This document shows, piece after piece, positions 59,460 through 64,000 of a stretch of 64,000 nt of DNA (positions are counted from its first letter, which is position 1; the number at the start of each line of letters is the position of its first letter). The position numbers and the translations under genes were made by a program. The notes beneath the pieces were generated by a model. That model saw nothing but the letters and a program-made list of their open reading frames with translations. It had not been told where the DNA came from and did no database searches. The stretch spans positions 248,001 to 312,000 of the forward strand of contig JANJGN010000052.1 in the NCBI GenBank assembly GCA_026770705.1, written 5' to 3'. Source of the stretch: Isurus oxyrinchus. Its lineage: Eukaryota.

Positions 59460-62400
59460 TCAAACAGTCTGTCGACTTCCTTTCACTGTTTGTCTCTCCC
59501 AGACACAGACTCCAGCGATAGTGATAACCACAGCCACAAGGAATATCACAGCTCGTATTCCCAGGATCAGGATCACGTGCAGAATCTCTCCTCCACTGTC
59601 TAGAGAGCACACAGAAAGAAATCATCACTGACTCTCTGCTTTCAATCTCTCACTCTGGCTGAACAATCAAGCTTCATATCACTGCAACATTTGCTGTAAT
59701 ATTGACCCATCCACTGGGATTCAATGTGGAATGAATGTTTTCATTGTAAACACTCGAAGAGTGGACAATCGGAACTATCCCCTTAGCGTGGAACATTGGT
59801 GAGAATGGATCATTGTGCTGTTGGACTCCCTGTCCAATGTTTCTCTCCATCGCTGTGTACAGGATTGTGCTGTAGAAAATTCTGGAAACGTTTAGTGCAG
59901 GGTGGAAATCCATCTCGGACGTGTGTGCGAATCGGGCAGGATCGAGATGGACTCCCCCACGGACTTACAACCCCCGCTTAATAAACAGTTCCAATCTTTA
60001 CCCAGAGAGAGAGGAGAATGTGGAACTCGCTCCCACAGGGAGTGGTCGAGGTGAATAGTAGCAAATTAGGATGGGAAATTGCTTGAAAAGCTAGGAGATG
60101 CAAGGGTTAAGTGCTACCGTGCCACCACTGGTGGGAGAGTGTAACTACAGCGTGACGTTTACATAGGCAATCCCCATTATGAACTTGGACATTGGACATC
60201 ATGTGCAAAATGGGCTCTGGAAAGGTGAGAACATGATGTAAGCTTTTCACCAACAGAAATTCCTTCGTAAACCTCTCCATCTCTCTCTTACTGTCAGATA
60301 CTCAAACAACATTTCACACAGAATTACATAAGGAGGAGTTGGGACAGGTGACTGGTCAAAGGGTTAGATTTCAGGAAGCTTTTTAAAGGAGGATAGAGAG
60401 TTAGAGAGGCAGAGAGTATCTGTGAGAATCTCTGTGCATCTGGGTGTCTAATAGACTTTGCAATTTCCGCATTCTTCCATAAACTTGAAAGGGAATACAA
60501 CTCCCAGAATCCATGTCAACTCTCCGGTGCAGCACTGAGGGAGGTCAGGTAACCCACGGGGGAGAATGTGTTAGTGTGTTTGTTTGTGAGTGTGTCCTTT
60601 TGTGTGCTCATACATGTGGGATTGTGTGTCTGCACGTGTCTATTTAGGTTTGTATAATTGTGTGTGTTTGTGTAGTGTTTGAATCTGAGAGAGCTGTTGA
60701 AGTCTGTGTACACTCACGTTCCACAGTGATGGTTATGAACCCCTCCACTGCTCCATGTTCATTCTCTGCCACACACTGATAGTCTCCAGTGTCCCTGGAT
60801 GTAACGTGAGGAATCACCAACCACAGCTCATTGTTGGAACTTGTTCTGTTCATTGTGATATTCAGATGTCAGGGCAGGACTCAACATGACAGATCACAGG
60901 TTTACCAACAGGAAGTGAACAACAATTTATATTTAATGGGAAGAGAGTGCTGATTGATTGGCAAGTGGTCTCTGATTGGAGGCGGTGTTGCCATGGAAAA
61001 TAATGTGTGCGAGCTGTAAAGTTTAGGCAGATTGTCTCTTCATTCAGCAATAATCAAATAAAGATCAGTTAACTTCTATCGACTGTGAAGCACTTTGAGA
61101 GGTCTGAGAATGTAGATACTGAGAACGGGCTGCACTGTCAGAGGGTCAGCGCTGAGGGAGTGCTGATGTAGAATGAAAGGTGTCGGTACTTACCTTGCAC
61201 AGTTAGTATGAGGGTCCGCTCCGATGAAACAGATGGATATCTCACTCTGCAGCTGAGAGTGTGTCCGTGGTGTTTGAGTGATGGGATCAGGGTCAGAACA
61301 GAAGTATAGGTCAGAGTGACACCATGCTGAGTTACAGTGTTTGAGACTGATCCAGGTACATCAGTGGGAGTGTCCCAGGTTAAGACAGGTGCTGCTGTTC
61401 CATTGCACGTTGTGTTGAAGGTGCAGCTTACATCCATACGCTTTCCTGCAATAATTTCAGCAGGGAATATCATGGGTTTATCTGTGAAATCTAACAGACA
61501 GAGAATGGATCCTTTTGGAGAAATATAACGTGAAACATCAGTTCAAATAGAAACCACAGTCCCACAAGAGAAAGCACTTTTACAAGGATGATATCAGAAC
61601 TGAGAGATTACAACGATCAGGAGAGAATTTCCTATTTTCAGACTTAGTGGATTTTCTGTCTCTCAGATGAATTCACTTCCACTTTGAGACAATTGAACTG
61701 ACAATCCCAGGTGAGGGTGGGGGAGCAGCTCACAGTTCCTGACACACTGGCTTGTTACTTTCTCTGAAATCTGCCAGATTTAAATTCTATCCTGTTCCCA
61801 GCAGGAGAGAATCCATTTGAACCAATCACTGAACCGGCATCTAAAACAGATGATCAGGTTATTGATCACATTGCTGTTTCTGGGAGCTTCCTGTGAATAA
61901 ATTGGCTGCTGTGTGTCCCATATTACAACAAGGGCAACATTTCAAGAATTATTTCATTGGTTGTGAAACCATTTGCAACGTACAGAGGTGTTGAAAGGCG
62001 CTATAGAAATGCGAATCTTTCTTTTGTCGATATGTAAAACTGTCAAACAGGGTTAGGGAGATCGATGGGAGTGGATAACCTGATAACATTGATGGACACA
62101 GTCAATACTTTTAATCATTGATATTAAAGTGAGTATTAGAGGTTGCTTTAGGACTGAACTGGAAGCTATCACCAGGTTATTGAGAATCAGACAGTGTGCT
62201 ATAATAAGCTGTGTTTTGTGTTAATATGTAAACGTCACAGTTTGCGTTATTTCCCATTGAGTGTTGAATGTGAATTGTTGAGTAATTATAACACAGCACT
62301 TACCAGAAACGTGAAGCTGGGTTACAGGGTAATAGTTATGGCTCGGACCATTGTCAAATTCTATCCTGAAAAAATAAGGTCCTGCATCTTCCCGTCTGAT

Positions 62401-62672
62401 GTTGTTTATAATCAGGGAACAGTCGCCATCTTTCAGGTTTCCAGACAGCCAGGTCCGATGGTGGAACCGTGGTAACTCGTGACTGTGATCCTTGGAGTGA
62501 AAGGCAATGGGAGCCCAGGGAATCTGTTTCTCATTATTAAACCAGAGTCCACCTCGCGGTTGGTTTTCCAGACACGATGGATAACTGTAATGACAAGGAA
62601 TCTGTACACACGAACCTTCCTGCGCTGTCACCTCTCGTGGAGTGTCACCGTTCCACTCTTGTGAGGGTTCAA
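59460..62672 (-). CDS. Siglec-like activating-type receptor, right copy; exons 62672-62304 (V), 61490-61194 (C2), 59599-59460 (TM+tail); leader exon not identified
   Basis: Same splice sites and open frame as the left copy. YFFR Arg is retained (AGG), the TM exon is identical, and V has seven amino-acid differences. Confidence 0.8.
60718..60871 (-). pseudogene. 5'-truncated C2-set exon remnant (mirror of 2101-2254)
   Basis: MNRTSSNNELWLVIPHVTSRDTGDYQCVAENEHGAVEGFITITVE with no acceptor. Confidence 0.8.
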
Positions 62673-62739
62673 CTGGGGAGAGAAATCTCAATATTTAACT
62701 CTGGATGGTTTGTGGATCCACTAGACTCAAATTTACAGA

Positions 62740-63550
62740 TGAGGCTGAATTGGGGGGATGGTCAATACTGAGGAGGACTACAACAAATTATTTTGGCAGG
62801 AAGAATAGAAAAACAGGATATTATTTAAATGGAGAGAGGCTGCTGAATGCAGTACAGAGGGATCTGGGTGTCCTTGTACATGAATCACAGAAAGTCAGCA
62901 TTCAGGAACACCACGGAATGAGGAAGGCAAGTGGAACGTTGGCCTTTATTGCAAAGGGATGGAGTATAAAAGGAGGGAAGTCTTGCAACAGCTGCACAGG
63001 GTGAGATTATATCAGGAGCAGTGTGTACAGTTCTGGTCTCCTTACTTAGGGAGGGATAGACTCTGCATTGAAGGCAGTTCAGAGGACGTTCACTGGGCTG
63101 ATTCCTGGGATTAAAGGGTTTGTCCTGTGAGGAAATGTTGAGCAGGTTGGGCCTGTATCCATTGGAGTTTAGAAGAATGAGGGGTGACCTTATAGAAACA
63201 TATCCGATTCCGAGGGGGCTTGACAGGGTGGATGCTGGGAGGATGTTTCCCCCTCGTGGGGGAATCTAGAACCAGGGAGCACAGTTTCGGAATGAGGGCT
63301 CTCCCATTCAAGACTGAGATGAGGAGGAATTTCCTCTCTCAGAGGGGCGCTAGCCTGTGGAATTCTCTTCCCCAGACAGCAGTGGAGGCTGGGCCATTGA
63401 ATAGACTCAAGGCTGAGTGAGGCAGGTTTTTGATCGACAAGGGAGTCAAGGGTTTGGGGGACAGGCAGGAAAATGGAGTTAAGGCCACAACCAGATCAGT
63501 AGAGCAGGCTGGAGGGGCCGAATGGCCTGCTCCTGTCCCTATTTCTTATG
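62740..63550 (+). mobile_element. CR1-type LINE 3' fragment upstream of the right V exon
   Basis: YYLNGERL..VQRDLGVLVHES, FPLVGESRTR, FKTEMRRNFLSQR...LWNSLP and a CR1 tail. Confidence 0.88.
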
Positions 63551-63634
63551 TTCCTACATTCTTACCTTCTTAAAATATTAAAGCTGCAGAATAAACATGC
63601 AAGTGACTGACCCGCTCGACCCACCTTCCATCAG

Positions 63635-64000
63635 GGGCTGGAGGAGGTTACACAGATAGGGAGGTTTGTGGGGGCTGGAGGAGGTAACAGAGATAGGGAG
63701 GGCTGTAGATACTGGAGGAGGTTACGCAGATAGGGAGGGTGGTAGGACCTGGAGGAGGTTGCAGAGATAGGGAGGGCTATAGGGATTTGAGGAGTTTATG
63801 GAGATGGGGAGCGTGTAGGGACTGGAGGAGGCTGCAAGGGCAGAGAAGGTTTTAGGGGCAGGAGGAGTTTACAGGGATAGGAAGAGTTGTAGGGGCTGGA
63901 CGGATTGCAGAGGTAGGGAGGGTTGGAAAGGCTGGTGGAGGTTCCAGAGGTAGGGAAGGTTGCAGGGACTGGAGGAGTTTACAGAGATGGGGGAGTTTTT
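63635..64000. repeat. Degenerate 39-bp minisatellite
   Basis: ggaggaggttacagagatagggaggg units running to the window end. Confidence 0.8.

Larger units (their letters stand above)
44231..62980. repeat. Right outer arm of large inverted segmental duplication
   Basis: Reverse complement of 1-18940. Confidence 0.95.

Noticed and set aside
63566-63632. Candidate leader exon for the right Siglec (strong AAG|gtaaga donor on the minus strand)
   Set aside because: The phase-1 frame has a TAA two codons before the donor and no ATG, and the ATG-containing frame also stops. It may be a decayed leader but cannot be supported.

Overview
Vertebrate genomic DNA, most likely a cartilaginous fish (inferred from shark-type CR1/L2-group LINE remnants, Deu-domain SINEs and 33/39-bp minisatellites), with several short N gaps. 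Almost the whole window is one large imperfect palindrome: outer arms 1-18,940 / 44,231-62,980 (11 differences in 369 nt across the V exons), inner arms ~22,380-27,450 / ~39,890-43,895, and a ~12.4 kb unique spacer. Each outer arm carries (i) an inward-pointing Siglec-like receptor (V-set with the essential Arg, C2-set, TM exon with an intramembrane Arg and a short Tyr-free tail, i.e. activating type) and (ii) an outward-pointing three-exon hepcidin (HAMP) gene that the ORF track misses. The hepcidin is an 88-aa prepropeptide with an RQKR furin site and an unusual 29-aa, 8-Cys mature peptide with an enlarged loop. The two copies differ in coding sequence only by five non-synonymous changes in the mature peptide, and the right copy has a broken exon-1 donor. 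The spacer holds the 3' half of an inhibitory Siglec-like receptor (three C2 exons, TM, ITIM plus ITSM-like tail) with no V exon of its own. A third, divergent MAG/Siglec-like gene survives as a pseudogene fused to a Gypsy gag-protease fragment. All gene models were read by eye from splice signals and protein motifs; no database search was run.
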